A stretch of DNA of 63,741 nucleotides from a virus (IMGVR_UViG_3300025131_000033:1-63741), one strand, 5' to 3'; counted from the stretch's first letter, positions 1-9,705 are shown. Made by a program: numbers and translations. The notes: generated by a model not told the origin, from the letters alone.

Positions 1-53
1 GGGTTGTCCGAACTTACTTTATGACCCGAATACAAAGTTTCTAAATCAAACAT
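1..53 (-). CDS. 5' part of a hypothetical gene running off the window (MFDLETLYSGHKVSSDN...)
   Basis: ATG at 53-51, frame open to the window edge, divergent from the sigma gene across a TACTATTATA element. Confidence 0.4.
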   Translation of the reverse strand, partial: MFDLETLYSGHKVSSDN

Positions 54-62
54 ACTATTATA
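53..62. promoter_or_regulatory. putative bidirectional late-promoter element TACTATTATA
   Basis: Same motif recurs at 1146, 4411, 52683, 62372; ends 4 nt before the GTG at 67. Confidence 0.5.
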
Positions 63-66
63 TGTT

Positions 67-408
67 GTGAAAAATTATTATATTAATAACGAAGAATTTG
101 AAAAGCTCATCTTGTTATACCAGCAGGATCCAAAAGCTCACGAAGAAGAGCTTGTTTCTTTATTTGATCTGCTGATAACAAATATTATTGAATCATTTAA
201 ATTTAAGGTAGATCCTGATGATGCTAAACAAGATTGCTTCGCATTAGTATTAAAGACAATCAAAAACTTTAAACCTAGAAAAGGTACTGCGTTCAATTAT
301 TTTACTACGATAATAGTAAATAATTTAAAGCTTATATACACTAAGGAAAAAAAATATAAAAATAAGATTGATTCGTATATAGAAACGCAGAAAGATAAAT
401 TTAACTAA
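67..408 (+). CDS. g55: T4 gp55-like late-transcription sigma factor
   Basis: YINNEEF N-terminus and IKNFKPRKGTAFNYFTTIIVN...KEKK match the gp55 pattern (YVNN...NFDP..NPFAYFTQI...KEKK). Confidence 0.75.
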   Translation: MKNYYINNEEFEKLILLYQQDPKAHEEELVSLFDLLITNIIESFKFKVDPDDAKQDCFALVLKTIKNFKPRKGTAFNYFTTIIVNNLKLIYTKEKKYKNKIDSYIETQKDKFN

Positions 409-721
409 GTTTTAAAGTTTTCAAAATATGAGGCAGATAGTCCTGGGACAGCGTTTTGTCCAACCTCAATTGAATAAGATGAGGTATTTTTGTTGTCTTA
501 AAGATAACAAAGCTGTGTGGCATCCGAAAACTATCAACGATATATAGTGTCTCACCTTTTTTACTGTCCTTATATTTTTCCTCTAGTTTACTTACAAGGC
601 TGGTACAGTACTCATCCCAAAGGGATGTAAACAGGACACTTACGGGGTAAGAATCTCTCTTAAACCTTTTGATTACTTTGTTTAGGTCGTTTTCTTTCGT
701 AAGAAAATCTAATTTAAACAT
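401..721 (-). CDS. thioredoxin-fold protein with degenerate active site (WDEYC)
   Basis: VSVLFTSLWDEYC, LYIVD and KIPHLI (cis-Pro-like) follow thioredoxin topology. Confidence 0.45.
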   Translation of the reverse strand: MFKLDFLTKENDLNKVIKRFKRDSYPVSVLFTSLWDEYCTSLVSKLEEKYKDSKKGETLYIVDSFRMPHSFVIFKTTKIPHLIQLRLDKTLSQDYLPHILKTLKLS

Positions 722-723
722 TT

Positions 724-1143
724 TTAATCTTTTTCTGTATATTTTCTAATGGCATCATCATGTAGAACATTATCTTTTATTTTACCTTCCCCTGATAAAT
801 CATGTTCTAAAACTCTTGTGTCAGCTAGTTGGACCTTACCATCCGCATCCTCTAGGACCGTAATGCCTGAGGAAGCTAAACCCTCCTTGTTTTCTAAGGC
901 ATATTTTTTAACTAGCTCTGCTAGTTCTTTATTCATGGCTTCAATACCCGTTAGAAATACGGTCTTCATAAAATCTGAGTCTGCTACATCCTCAGGTCTC
1001 ACCAGGTCGGCAAAATTCTTATAAGCTAGTGCTTCATCTTTACTTAAATTAACTTGTATACGCATACGATTGTTCCTTCTTTCTCTAACTTTAATTTTCC
1101 AACTACCAATGTCTAGTTTTATATTTGTAAGAGGACTCTCCAT
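724..1143 (-). CDS. hypothetical protein (probable start ATG 1143 rather than 1182)
   Basis: ORF track 724..1182; ATG 1143 lies 5 nt after CTATAATA and avoids overlapping the divergent gene. Confidence 0.6.
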   Translation of the reverse strand: MESPLTNIKLDIGSWKIKVRERRNNRMRIQVNLSKDEALAYKNFADLVRPEDVADSDFMKTVFLTGIEAMNKELAELVKKYALENKEGLASSGITVLEDADGKVQLADTRVLEHDLSGEGKIKDNVLHDDAIRKYTEKD

Positions 1144-1145
1144 TT

Positions 1146-1156
1146 TACTATTATAG
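1146..1156. promoter_or_regulatory. putative bidirectional promoter TACTATTATAG
   Basis: Near-palindrome CTATTATAG/CTATAATAG between divergent genes starting at 1143(-) and 1172(+). Confidence 0.55.
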
Positions 1157-1171
1157 AGCGAGGTCAAATTT

Positions 1172-1699
1172 ATGGAAGACAATTACGATATTTCTAATCT
1201 AAAAGAAAAAAAGAAGATCAACAGTAGGACCAAGGGCAGCACCTTTGAGCGCCAGATATGTAAAATGTTTAATAAGAGGTTCAACACCTCTGAATTTTGT
1301 CGGAGTCCAGGATCAGGAGCTTTTGCTACAACCCATTCATTACCTGAACACTTAAAAATTTATGGAGATATAATTACTCCAGAAAAATTTAAATATTGTA
1401 TTGAATGTAAAAAAGGATACAATAACCAAAACTTATATAGTTTATATAATTATAGTAGCGACATCTGGGGATTTATAAACCAATGTGAAAAAGATTCGAG
1501 AAAATGTTACAAGATTCCTATGGTTATATTTAAACAAGATAGACAGCCTACACTAGCCATTATACCAGACCATGTACAGTTTGGAGATCAATATAAATCT
1601 ATTCAAATATCTAAAAAGAAGGATGGATTTATTATTAAATATAATATCTATCTATTTGAATCTATACTTGAGAGTTATGACTCGCTGTGGATGGAGTAA
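1172..1699 (+). CDS. Holliday junction resolvase-like PD-(D/E)xK nuclease (Hjc/T5 D14-like)
   Basis: NSRTKGSTFER...RSPGSGA...GDII...IECK motif set. Confidence 0.75.
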   Translation: MEDNYDISNLKEKKKINSRTKGSTFERQICKMFNKRFNTSEFCRSPGSGAFATTHSLPEHLKIYGDIITPEKFKYCIECKKGYNNQNLYSLYNYSSDIWGFINQCEKDSRKCYKIPMVIFKQDRQPTLAIIPDHVQFGDQYKSIQISKKKDGFIIKYNIYLFESILESYDSLWME

Positions 1700-4406
1700 G
1701 GAGCTTCTCTAACAAAGCCTGTTGTCCTCTTAAGAATTCATAGACTACACTAGAATTTTCTTCTCCTGCTTTCATGTGTGCAGTCATCTTCTTAAGATCA
1801 CGATTGCTAACATAACCTATAAAACTAGGAGAATCTGTCTGTCTCTCTAAAGCCATCCTAAAAGTAATCTTTTCTCCATTTATAGGAAATTTAATATAAG
1901 TGACTGCGCCACTCACTTCAACTGTTAAGTTACCGTCTTGATGAGCCTGCCCTAGTTTTTCTGCTAATAGAGTTTGATCATAGCTAAATGACTCACCACT
2001 AGGTTTCATTACCATTTGAGACATTATCCCCTCATCCATGATTATCTGCGTAGCAGTGTTAACTAAAAATGCGCGGCACCCTGGTTCATCTTTATCTGCC
2101 TTTATTTTCTCTAACATATGAGCACGCACACAAGTCTCCTCCAAGGTAACTCGACTATCCCGATCACTAAGGTCTACCAGTTCTTCGTCCCCATTTACTT
2201 TAAATTTTAAAAGTACATTTTTAAATATTTCAGGAATCTTATTCAAAGCCCAGGTGTCTAGGAATTCTTCTCGTACTGTCTGGGCTACTCGTTCACCGCT
2301 AATAGTGTTAACCTTCTCATTAGCATCCCAGACCTGGGTATCTTCACTAATAGCAGCGAGTTTATCTATATCTTTTTGAATCTTGTCGGTCCACTTCTTC
2401 ATAGCAGAACGATCAGCCTTACTTAAACCACTTCGTTCATCTAATACTCCATAGTAGCGTTTAGATCCTGAGTCTGCGATTGGATTACCTTCATCATCCA
2501 CAATTGGTTTACCTTCATCATCCAAAGTATCATTAGGTTTATCTTTAGTAAACATCTCTCTTGCAGAAGAAATTAAAGCTTGGAATACAGATAATTGACC
2601 TTGTTTAGTACTACTACTCTTCGAAAATTTTTGGCCTGTACGAACTAGAAAAATAGGAGCTTTATCATCTGTTATCCCCATAGCATCTAATTTCTTCTCA
2701 GCCTTGTCTCTATTCTTCCCCGTTAGGTTACTTAGAATTTTTGCCCTAGTAGTTTCTTCTACCCTGGCATCCGACCCGTCCTCCTTCTCCTCGCGTTTCT
2801 TAAGATTTAAAGCATCAGCAGCTTGGATCGCCCTCTTTTTTGCATCTTCAGGATCCCCCGTAAACCCAAATGCACTATCCACTTTCAGTCCTACTTTTTG
2901 TGATGTACCTAATGGAATAATTCCATCACTACGAATATTTTCTAGCATCTTCATATTTTTAGATAATAAATTTTTCATATATGTTATTAATTCTTTTTTA
3001 TCGCTAAATATGTTTAATTGCTCCTCAATTTTCTCCATGACTGCTAGAGATTCAACCTCCACAGACCTACCATCTAACTCTTTAAGAATATTTTTAGCTA
3101 CTTCTCCTAAATTCTCTTCTTCTCCTACTTCAATAGGGTATTCAGAAGCTAATTGAGATAGCTCACTAAGATATTGGTTGGCCTCTTTTAGAAAAGCTTC
3201 TAAAGCCTCCCTAAATGCATCCTTATTGTTACTAACTAAAGCCGCAGCTATATCCACTGCTGCTCCAAGAGTAATCTCATTAAAACGCCCTTGAGCGTTA
3301 GCAGCCACCCCAGAATTCCCACCAGCGTACTCACTTTTTTCTACCTCACAGCCCTTAGCCTTAATACCCGCGAGCATAGCTTTTTGAAGTTGGGTTGTTG
3401 TTATTGCGATCCCCTTTGTTTTTGCTGTGCCTTGCTGGAATAAAATTACTCTCCCACCTTTTCCTAATCCAATTCTGTCATTAATATAATCACAATTTGG
3501 ACTTTCATATTCTAACGCCTCTAAAACTTCAGCATGAGCTTGTAGGGCTCCTTCTATTAATTTTGGATCAGCCTCAGTGGCAGGAACTTGTTCAAGCCCC
3601 GCAGGACGCTGGCCCCATCCGAGGACGCTGCCCTCCTCCTCCTCATACGTCATCCTCAAGATAATAGCTTTGGATAGTTGAGATTCTAACCCTCTATACT
3701 CACTGCCCCCAATCATTCCTCTTTGGGGGCTATCTTCATTCCCATGCGCCCCTTTTTTAGCACAAAGTTTTTTAAAAGCTTCACTTAAATTCTTTTTACA
3801 AATAACTCCTAAAGCTTCGAATGATTTTCTTAAGAGAGTAGTTAATTTTGGAGCGTTTATAAACCCTAAAGTCTTAAATAAAAAACCTAATTCTCCCTTC
3901 GCGGCCTCACCAGCATCTACAGCCGCAGCAGAGTCGGTCTCTTCGGTTCCATCTTCTCCTATGAATTTTTTTAAAAAATTCATATAATTTTTTGGACTAG
4001 CTTTTAGCTGAGGAGACAACTCTAAACTTTGACCATCTCCTATGGCTACCTCTCCAAATTCTTTTCCTGAACTAGCTTTAACAACATTCTGCTGTATCTC
4101 TGATGCCTGTTGACCCACTCTCTCCCCTGTTTCAGCGTCATGTCGCGGCAGTGCTGCGGCAGCAAGCCAAACTTTCATTGTTGTCCCTGGTTTCGTTTCT
4201 CCAGCCCAAGGAGTTTCGAACGTAGCTTGTTGAAATTGTGCATAATTTGTTTTAAGCCAATCCAAAGCGACCGTCTCTCCTTGCATTGCATCTTGCACAT
4301 TTTGCTGCTCTGATTCTTGATTCTCTGCTTCACTAATATATCTAAGCTTAAAAGATCTCTTTTTAAGCTTTTTATAACTCGCTAATAATTCTGTAAAATA
4401 ATCCAT
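1662..4406 (-). CDS. large hypothetical protein, possibly head-packaged
   Basis: 914-aa ORF; N-terminal YFTELLASY...ISE resembles a protease-cleaved leader; own CTATTATA element upstream. Confidence 0.6.
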   Translation of the reverse strand: MDYFTELLASYKKLKKRSFKLRYISEAENQESEQQNVQDAMQGETVALDWLKTNYAQFQQATFETPWAGETKPGTTMKVWLAAAALPRHDAETGERVGQQASEIQQNVVKASSGKEFGEVAIGDGQSLELSPQLKASPKNYMNFLKKFIGEDGTEETDSAAAVDAGEAAKGELGFLFKTLGFINAPKLTTLLRKSFEALGVICKKNLSEAFKKLCAKKGAHGNEDSPQRGMIGGSEYRGLESQLSKAIILRMTYEEEEGSVLGWGQRPAGLEQVPATEADPKLIEGALQAHAEVLEALEYESPNCDYINDRIGLGKGGRVILFQQGTAKTKGIAITTTQLQKAMLAGIKAKGCEVEKSEYAGGNSGVAANAQGRFNEITLGAAVDIAAALVSNNKDAFREALEAFLKEANQYLSELSQLASEYPIEVGEEENLGEVAKNILKELDGRSVEVESLAVMEKIEEQLNIFSDKKELITYMKNLLSKNMKMLENIRSDGIIPLGTSQKVGLKVDSAFGFTGDPEDAKKRAIQAADALNLKKREEKEDGSDARVEETTRAKILSNLTGKNRDKAEKKLDAMGITDDKAPIFLVRTGQKFSKSSSTKQGQLSVFQALISSAREMFTKDKPNDTLDDEGKPIVDDEGNPIADSGSKRYYGVLDERSGLSKADRSAMKKWTDKIQKDIDKLAAISEDTQVWDANEKVNTISGERVAQTVREEFLDTWALNKIPEIFKNVLLKFKVNGDEELVDLSDRDSRVTLEETCVRAHMLEKIKADKDEPGCRAFLVNTATQIIMDEGIMSQMVMKPSGESFSYDQTLLAEKLGQAHQDGNLTVEVSGAVTYIKFPINGEKITFRMALERQTDSPSFIGYVSNRDLKKMTAHMKAGEENSSVVYEFLRGQQALLEKLLTPSTASHNSQV

Positions 4407-4410
4407 ATAT

Positions 4411-4420
4411 TATAATAGAA
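4411..4420 (-). promoter_or_regulatory. putative late promoter TTCTATTATA, leaderless start 4 nt downstream
   Basis: Motif shared with other intergenic sites; lies directly after the tail tube terminator. Confidence 0.5.
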
Positions 4421-4430
4421 AATGTAGAGA

Positions 4431-4462
4431 AGGCTCAGTCTAAAATTATATAGACTGAGCCT
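4431..4462 (-). terminator. stem-loop terminator after tail tube gene
   Basis: AGGCTCAGTCTA-8nt-TAGACTGAGCCT, perfect 12-bp stem. Confidence 0.65.
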
Positions 4463-4489
4463 ATTCAAGGTTACGCTATCGTGTTCAAG

Positions 4490-5089
4490 TTAAACTGTAT
4501 AATTTCTTTGTTGCATAAAATCATACTTAAAAGTAACATCTATTGTGTGGAAATCATTAGTAGAATAATTAAATTCTCCAGCGGACCATTTGGTAGGCCA
4601 AACTCCAAACAAATCTACAGAAGCATGTGGAGTCATTTGATTATCTAATTGAATTACTTCAACTAAATTCATTTTAAAAGAAGCTCCAGGCTCACTAGCG
4701 TTTACATGCCTTGTCATTTCCCCAGTAAGAGGATCGTAGATATCGCTAAAGTATTGCCAAAGCTCTGTACCTGTCCGTCTTAAATAAGTATTATCAAAAG
4801 TTACCACCATATCCCCAGGAGTAGGTCTACCAGGATAGAAAACTTTATCATTTACTCTGTTAACAGGGATAGCTTCTAACGCCATCTCCAACCCTGTTAC
4901 CTTTTTAGCAGCTAACGTAAATGATTTAGGTGAGTCATTGTTTACACCTGGAGAAACTTGAAAATGAACCTCAAACTGGTAAGCTCTTACTGAATCAAGT
5001 TCTGTTGAGATCCAGGGTAATCCAGCACCATGATCGAAAGTACGATCAAACTCGCTCTTATAATATGAATTGGGTGTACCGTGTGACAT
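4490..5089 (-). CDS. g19: tail tube protein (gp19-like)
   Basis: YQFEVHF, FYPGRPTPGDMVVTF, LFGVWPTKWSAGEFNYS, IDVTFKYD; follows sheath gene. Confidence 0.85.
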   Translation of the reverse strand: MSHGTPNSYYKSEFDRTFDHGAGLPWISTELDSVRAYQFEVHFQVSPGVNNDSPKSFTLAAKKVTGLEMALEAIPVNRVNDKVFYPGRPTPGDMVVTFDNTYLRRTGTELWQYFSDIYDPLTGEMTRHVNASEPGASFKMNLVEVIQLDNQMTPHASVDLFGVWPTKWSAGEFNYSTNDFHTIDVTFKYDFMQQRNYTV

Positions 5090-5100
5090 AATTTAAACTC

Positions 5101-7335
5101 CTATAAATTTCCTAACTGTGCAGATTGATTCGTTACATTAATTTCGAAAATAAGAATCTCTGCGGATTTTGTGGGCTTCACAAGAACTTTACACCAAAGC
5201 TCGTTTCGATCTACCCTCACTGGTGTATTTACTGTCTCATCGCAAACAACACGGAATTCTGTTATCCCACGCCTCTTACGGATATCATCCAAGAAAGGAT
5301 TAAGAAGAGCTTCAATTTGTGACCAAGTAAAGGAATCATTAGGTTCAAATACAAATCTCCTTGTGGAAGCCATAATTATCTTTCTAATATAGATCATCAA
5401 TCTACGAACATTGATTCTATCAAGAGCCGTAGGCGATCTTTGAGCAGTCCTTTGCCCGAAGATAGTAATTCCTTGTTGTGGGAAAGCAACGATTGGATTA
5501 ACAACATTACCACCACTGTACAGTGCATCTCTATCCCCTTGGCTTAGTTTTAATTCTGTATCTGTAGGCTTGGTTAGTCTACCTCGCTGGAATCCTGCGG
5601 GAGCAATCCAACTATCAGCCACAGCATCAGTATATGCCATTTGTCTAGCAGCAAAAATAGTAGGATCAAACCATCTATCTTTCCCGTCAAAGACACTGAA
5701 TACTTTTAAGTGTGGGAAGTAAACAGCAGCATATGAACTATTTAGTGCAGCAGTTCTTGAACCAGCCGTACTAGAAGATCTTCCATTAGTCCAATCAATA
5801 GCATCCTGTGCTGTTCCAATTCCATATGGAGGTGCTACCAGAGCGATAAAGTCTTGAGTAGTTTCCGCTAAGGTGATAAGATTATTTTGAACGGCTTGAG
5901 TATAAATCCCAGGAACTAATGCAATTCCTACATTGATAGTCTCATCATCCAAAGCTTGCATCCCAGTCTTAGGATCTACAGAAGCGTTTCCAATAAGAGC
6001 AGCAGTATTTTCTGCACCATTACTGCCTCCTGTCATTGCTTGCCCTGTATCATTAACGAGCTTAATCCATCTACCTCCCCCGCCTTCGCCATCCAGGTTC
6101 CCCTGCACATAATTTGAAACAGCAGTGCCTGCTCCATTAGGATTTTTAACAGGATCTAACCATTGACTTTGCACATCAAATGCCGCAGTATCATTCCCAA
6201 ATATTAGGTTAGATATAGTATCTCCATAGTTTGCATTAGCCGTAACTGCAACGTCTGTATTTTCGTAAGTAATATTACCTTTAATTATATCAGAGGTAAG
6301 GTTGGTCTCACCAGTATTAATAATATCCTCAAGGAAACTTCCTGATGCTTGAAGACTTACTTGGAATTGTTCTTCAGTCACACCATCTTGATTAATTTTA
6401 ACTAAGAAAAGATCACTACCGAAATCTTCTATTCCTACCCCATTTCCACTAGTAGTTCCATCTGTCCTAAGTCCTTGATTATAACCTGCCCCTTCGTAAA
6501 GAGATATTACACTGTAATTACAAGAACTCGTTCCTGTATTAAGGAAGGTGGATCCATATGCCCTAACCGCTGAAGCACCAGTATCTGTAGCTCCATCCTG
6601 ACCTCCCGATGAAGCTCCATAATCAGTAACCACAGGAGCACTTACAGGAATTAAAGCTGAAAGTCCATCTGTACTTCCATCATCCGTAAAGGAAGCATTA
6701 TTATAAGCAGATACTCCTATGGAAGCTCCCGACCCAGCATAAGCCCCCACTAAAGCACCCGATAAACCTAATGTGGTATAACCCGTTCCATTATCAAAAC
6801 ACCCGACCTTATCTGCCTGTAGGGATCCTCCTACAACTGCTGCAATAGCCTGAGCCTGTCCTGAAGTGGCTGTACCTGTTGGAATAGAGAATTCTCTTGG
6901 AGTATTATATTGTGCCACCCCATTATTATCAAATACTTGAATCTTTAGATAAAGCGCCACATCAATTCCAAAGCCTGATGTAGCAGTTGATGTCCTAGAG
7001 TTAGGACCTCCAGAAACTAGAACCGCAGGGCATGAACCAAACGACATTAATGCTGATGCGTCTGTAGCTCCTGTACCCACTGCTCGGATAAAGTATAAAT
7101 TACTTGTCTGCTCTAGAATCTCTAAGGATCCTTCTAAAGCCTGCCCAGGAAGACCCTCACTAGGCTCACCAAAATTCCTAATTAAACTATTCTGGCTTGT
7201 AATTAAAGTTGCTTTATTTGTAGGACCTTTTCCAGCAAAACCTACAACCCCTACAATAGAAGTATTAATAGAAGGGGTGTATTCAGAAATATCCTTCTCA
7301 ACAGTATAGACACCTGGGCTTACGTAATTAACCAT
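5101..7335 (-). CDS. g18: tail sheath protein (gp18-like)
   Basis: YVSPGVYTVEKDIS, GFAGKGP, WIAPAGFQRG, RINVRRL, FEPND; SD AGGAG. Confidence 0.95.
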   Translation of the reverse strand: MVNYVSPGVYTVEKDISEYTPSINTSIVGVVGFAGKGPTNKATLITSQNSLIRNFGEPSEGLPGQALEGSLEILEQTSNLYFIRAVGTGATDASALMSFGSCPAVLVSGGPNSRTSTATSGFGIDVALYLKIQVFDNNGVAQYNTPREFSIPTGTATSGQAQAIAAVVGGSLQADKVGCFDNGTGYTTLGLSGALVGAYAGSGASIGVSAYNNASFTDDGSTDGLSALIPVSAPVVTDYGASSGGQDGATDTGASAVRAYGSTFLNTGTSSCNYSVISLYEGAGYNQGLRTDGTTSGNGVGIEDFGSDLFLVKINQDGVTEEQFQVSLQASGSFLEDIINTGETNLTSDIIKGNITYENTDVAVTANANYGDTISNLIFGNDTAAFDVQSQWLDPVKNPNGAGTAVSNYVQGNLDGEGGGGRWIKLVNDTGQAMTGGSNGAENTAALIGNASVDPKTGMQALDDETINVGIALVPGIYTQAVQNNLITLAETTQDFIALVAPPYGIGTAQDAIDWTNGRSSSTAGSRTAALNSSYAAVYFPHLKVFSVFDGKDRWFDPTIFAARQMAYTDAVADSWIAPAGFQRGRLTKPTDTELKLSQGDRDALYSGGNVVNPIVAFPQQGITIFGQRTAQRSPTALDRINVRRLMIYIRKIIMASTRRFVFEPNDSFTWSQIEALLNPFLDDIRKRRGITEFRVVCDETVNTPVRVDRNELWCKVLVKPTKSAEILIFEINVTNQSAQLGNL

Positions 7336-7345
7336 TTGTTATCTC

Positions 7346-7522
7346 CTAAGAGTTTGAAATATTAAAAATTCGTCTACGATGAAGCGTTTTAATTTGCTCA
7401 CTAATATAATGATCAGGGACAACAAGAGACTCCCCTGGCTTCATCCAAACTTCTTTACATCCTTTTTCTGTACTAAAAAATACAGTGAAGGTCTGTAGGC
7501 TATCATTTTTAACGGTTTTCAT
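7346..7522 (-). CDS. 58-aa hypothetical protein absent from ORF track (MKTVKNDSLQ...FNISNS)
   Basis: Hand-translated; SD AGGAG upstream; its TAG overlaps the sheath SD. Confidence 0.7.
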   Translation of the reverse strand: MKTVKNDSLQTFTVFFSTEKGCKEVWMKPGESLVVPDHYISEQIKTLHRRRIFNISNS

Positions 7523-7540
7523 AATTTTGTCTCCTATTCT

Positions 7541-7557
7541 TATTTACTATAGTAAAT
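7541..7557 (-). promoter_or_regulatory. putative late promoter (GTAAATA) overlapping a perfect 16-bp palindrome ATTTACTATAGTAAAT
   Basis: TAAATA resembles T4-type late promoters; upstream A-tracts; heads the sheath/tube operon. Confidence 0.45.
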
Positions 7558-7578
7558 TACTTTTTTTGATAACTTTTT

Positions 7579-8391
7579 TTAGGTAACTGTAAATGACATA
7601 GAAGGGAACCAATTTGCTTCATTAGGTTCACCTACCTCCTGGTGTATATCTGGGTACACCCCATAATAAGAGGGGAAAGTAGTAGCTAAATTATTCCAGT
7701 ATATATCTGTGTTTAAGGTAAACACACCTTGATGGCTCTCTCCCGCTGCTAAACCATCCACAACTTCGCCATTTAACAGAGTAGCCCCCAGCAATGCTGC
7801 CGCTTCGGTCTCCAGGTTGAAAGGCCCAGCAGGGTTAAGATAAATATCATCGGGATTATCATTTTGTGTAGGAGTCCTATAGAAGCCTACAGTAAATGGA
7901 CCCGCATCTCCTGGACCGTAGTTTACTACAGTATAATTAAACAATACCCCTGGGGATGGAGCAATATAAACAGTAGGCATTAGATCAACATCTAATGGAG
8001 GAGAATTAGCTATCGCTGTGGGAGGAGTAATTGTAAAAACAGTTATAGCAAGATTAGATGCTACAATTCCTGTTTCATCTGGGACTGTACCATCAGCAAA
8101 TCCAGTTGCCCCAAAAACATTCATAGACCCCACTATATTAGTTGTTACCGCACAATGAAGAGGATCTAAGGGACACGGAGCATGAGGTAAAATTATATCG
8201 CCAGGGAGAGAAGCATTATAATTTTCAATAAATATATTTTGAGCCCCAGGTCCTTGTATTAATCCTCCCCCTGCATGATCTCCACTATAGGTTCTACATG
8301 CACCTGTTCCATTTATATAAACAGTATTACTTCCCGTCTGAAGATGGGTTATACAAGTAGCGGCAATATCAGCACGCTCTAGCCCAGGCAT
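7579..8391 (-). CDS. PAAR spike-tip protein with C-terminal CARDB/Ig-like domain
   Basis: TGSNTVYINGTGACR, ASLPGD..PH, GSMNVF PAAR-type repeats; NYTVVNYGPGDAGPFTVGFY...LAAGES...EVGEPNEAN CARDB pattern. Confidence 0.7.
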   Translation of the reverse strand: MPGLERADIAATCITHLQTGSNTVYINGTGACRTYSGDHAGGGLIQGPGAQNIFIENYNASLPGDIILPHAPCPLDPLHCAVTTNIVGSMNVFGATGFADGTVPDETGIVASNLAITVFTITPPTAIANSPPLDVDLMPTVYIAPSPGVLFNYTVVNYGPGDAGPFTVGFYRTPTQNDNPDDIYLNPAGPFNLETEAAALLGATLLNGEVVDGLAAGESHQGVFTLNTDIYWNNLATTFPSYYGVYPDIHQEVGEPNEANWFPSMSFTVT

Positions 8392-9143
8392 TATAAGGTA
8401 ATCTCCATGTTGACTTTTTCGATTTTACCTGTAGCTGTTACTAAGAACTTAGGAGTAGGAATATAAGTTCTTACTACTATATTTATAGCCTTTTGTAATA
8501 CTCTATCGTCCTTATCCGCTGCTGATACATTTCCTACATCATCCTCACTCTCAATAAATCCTTTAGTAGCAGTTGAAAATTTAGTAGGTACTCCCATCTC
8601 AGGATTAAATTTTATTCTTACTTGTTCTAAAATCTGATCCATGTCTGCCATATATTTCGTCCAGATGTTTAGTTGGTATCTAATATTAATTGCTCTTGGA
8701 GCAAAACTTAAAATTCTAAATGCTCTATTCTTTTCGGCACTCCATATTTTATCATGCACCAACAGGCTGTCGTACCGTCTTCTCGTTTGATCATTATCAG
8801 AAGTAGTTTGCGAAATAGATAAAACTGGAAGAATAATATTATTTTCTTGTTTCAATTTGGCGACGGCACGTTCAGCATTAGCATGCATACATTTAATATT
8901 TATAAACTTCTCTTCTGAACTAATATATCCCACATCATTAAAAGATACAATCATTGCACGTAATAGTTCTTTATATACGTAAGATATATTACTCTCAGCC
9001 TGGGTCATTTTGTACAATTTTTTTCTAACCCCACCTTCTCTAGTATCCCAACTAGCATTTTTACTTGGAGGGTAGGATTCAATAGTAGATAGATCTATAT
9101 TAATCGCAGATTCAATGCTTGTACCACTAGAAGCCACTCTCAC
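8391..9143 (-). CDS. g15: tail terminator/sheath stabiliser (gp15-like)
   Basis: ILPVLSI...PRAINIRYQLNIWTKYMADMDQILEQVRIKFNP; gp13-gp14-gp15 order. Confidence 0.75.
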   Translation of the reverse strand: MRVASSGTSIESAINIDLSTIESYPPSKNASWDTREGGVRKKLYKMTQAESNISYVYKELLRAMIVSFNDVGYISSEEKFINIKCMHANAERAVAKLKQENNIILPVLSISQTTSDNDQTRRRYDSLLVHDKIWSAEKNRAFRILSFAPRAINIRYQLNIWTKYMADMDQILEQVRIKFNPEMGVPTKFSTATKGFIESEDDVGNVSAADKDDRVLQKAINIVVRTYIPTPKFLVTATGKIEKVNMEITL

Positions 9144-9705
9144 CTCCTGCGTAGCCTCCTAGCTCATCAGAGGCCTCCAAGATAGGAGTGTCCTGTACGT
9201 CTGGTGCGTCCCGTAGGAGCCTTGCAGAGCACGCTAGATGGTACACCCCATAAGCCTCAAAACTATCCTCTACAACCTCAAAGATCTCATAGGATTGGTC
9301 CTGGAAAGCAGGCTTAACTATATCCCCAGGAATTACCGCACGCCCTAGCTTACGCTCGATATAACTCTTATTAAATGTGAATAACTGATCATTGGTTAAT
9401 TGAATACCAAACTGAGTTAACTCCTCACTCATAGCAATAGGCTCGTAATGACCATGTACCACAATAGCATTCTTAGCTACGGGTTTATTTCTAGATTCCA
9501 TGTAGACAGGATCATAATCATCAGTTTGAAAATACTTATATAGATAGAACTTGGAACCAGCTAGACGAATCAGTTCATCGTCTACTAAATTGAAAAGATT
9601 TATATCAGCATTATTCTGATCAAATAGACTAAGTAAGCTGTCCTCACCATCAAGGTCAGGAAGCTCTGGTAGTTTAGTTGTTACTTTCCAATTTTTTTTA
9701 GACAT
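9127..9705 (-). CDS. g14: neck/head-completion protein (gp14-like)
   Basis: ELIRLAG, DPVYMES, LTQFGIQLTNDQLFTF, PGDIVKP...YEIFEV. Confidence 0.75.
   Translation of the reverse strand: MSKKNWKVTTKLPELPDLDGEDSLLSLFDQNNADINLFNLVDDELIRLAGSKFYLYKYFQTDDYDPVYMESRNKPVAKNAIVVHGHYEPIAMSEELTQFGIQLTNDQLFTFNKSYIERKLGRAVIPGDIVKPAFQDQSYEIFEVVEDSFEAYGVYHLACSARLLRDAPDVQDTPILEASDELGGYAGGESGF

Noticed and set aside
1144-1182. Longer N-terminus for the 724..1182 ORF
   Set aside because: Would overlap the divergent resolvase start and the promoter motif; ATG 1143 fits better
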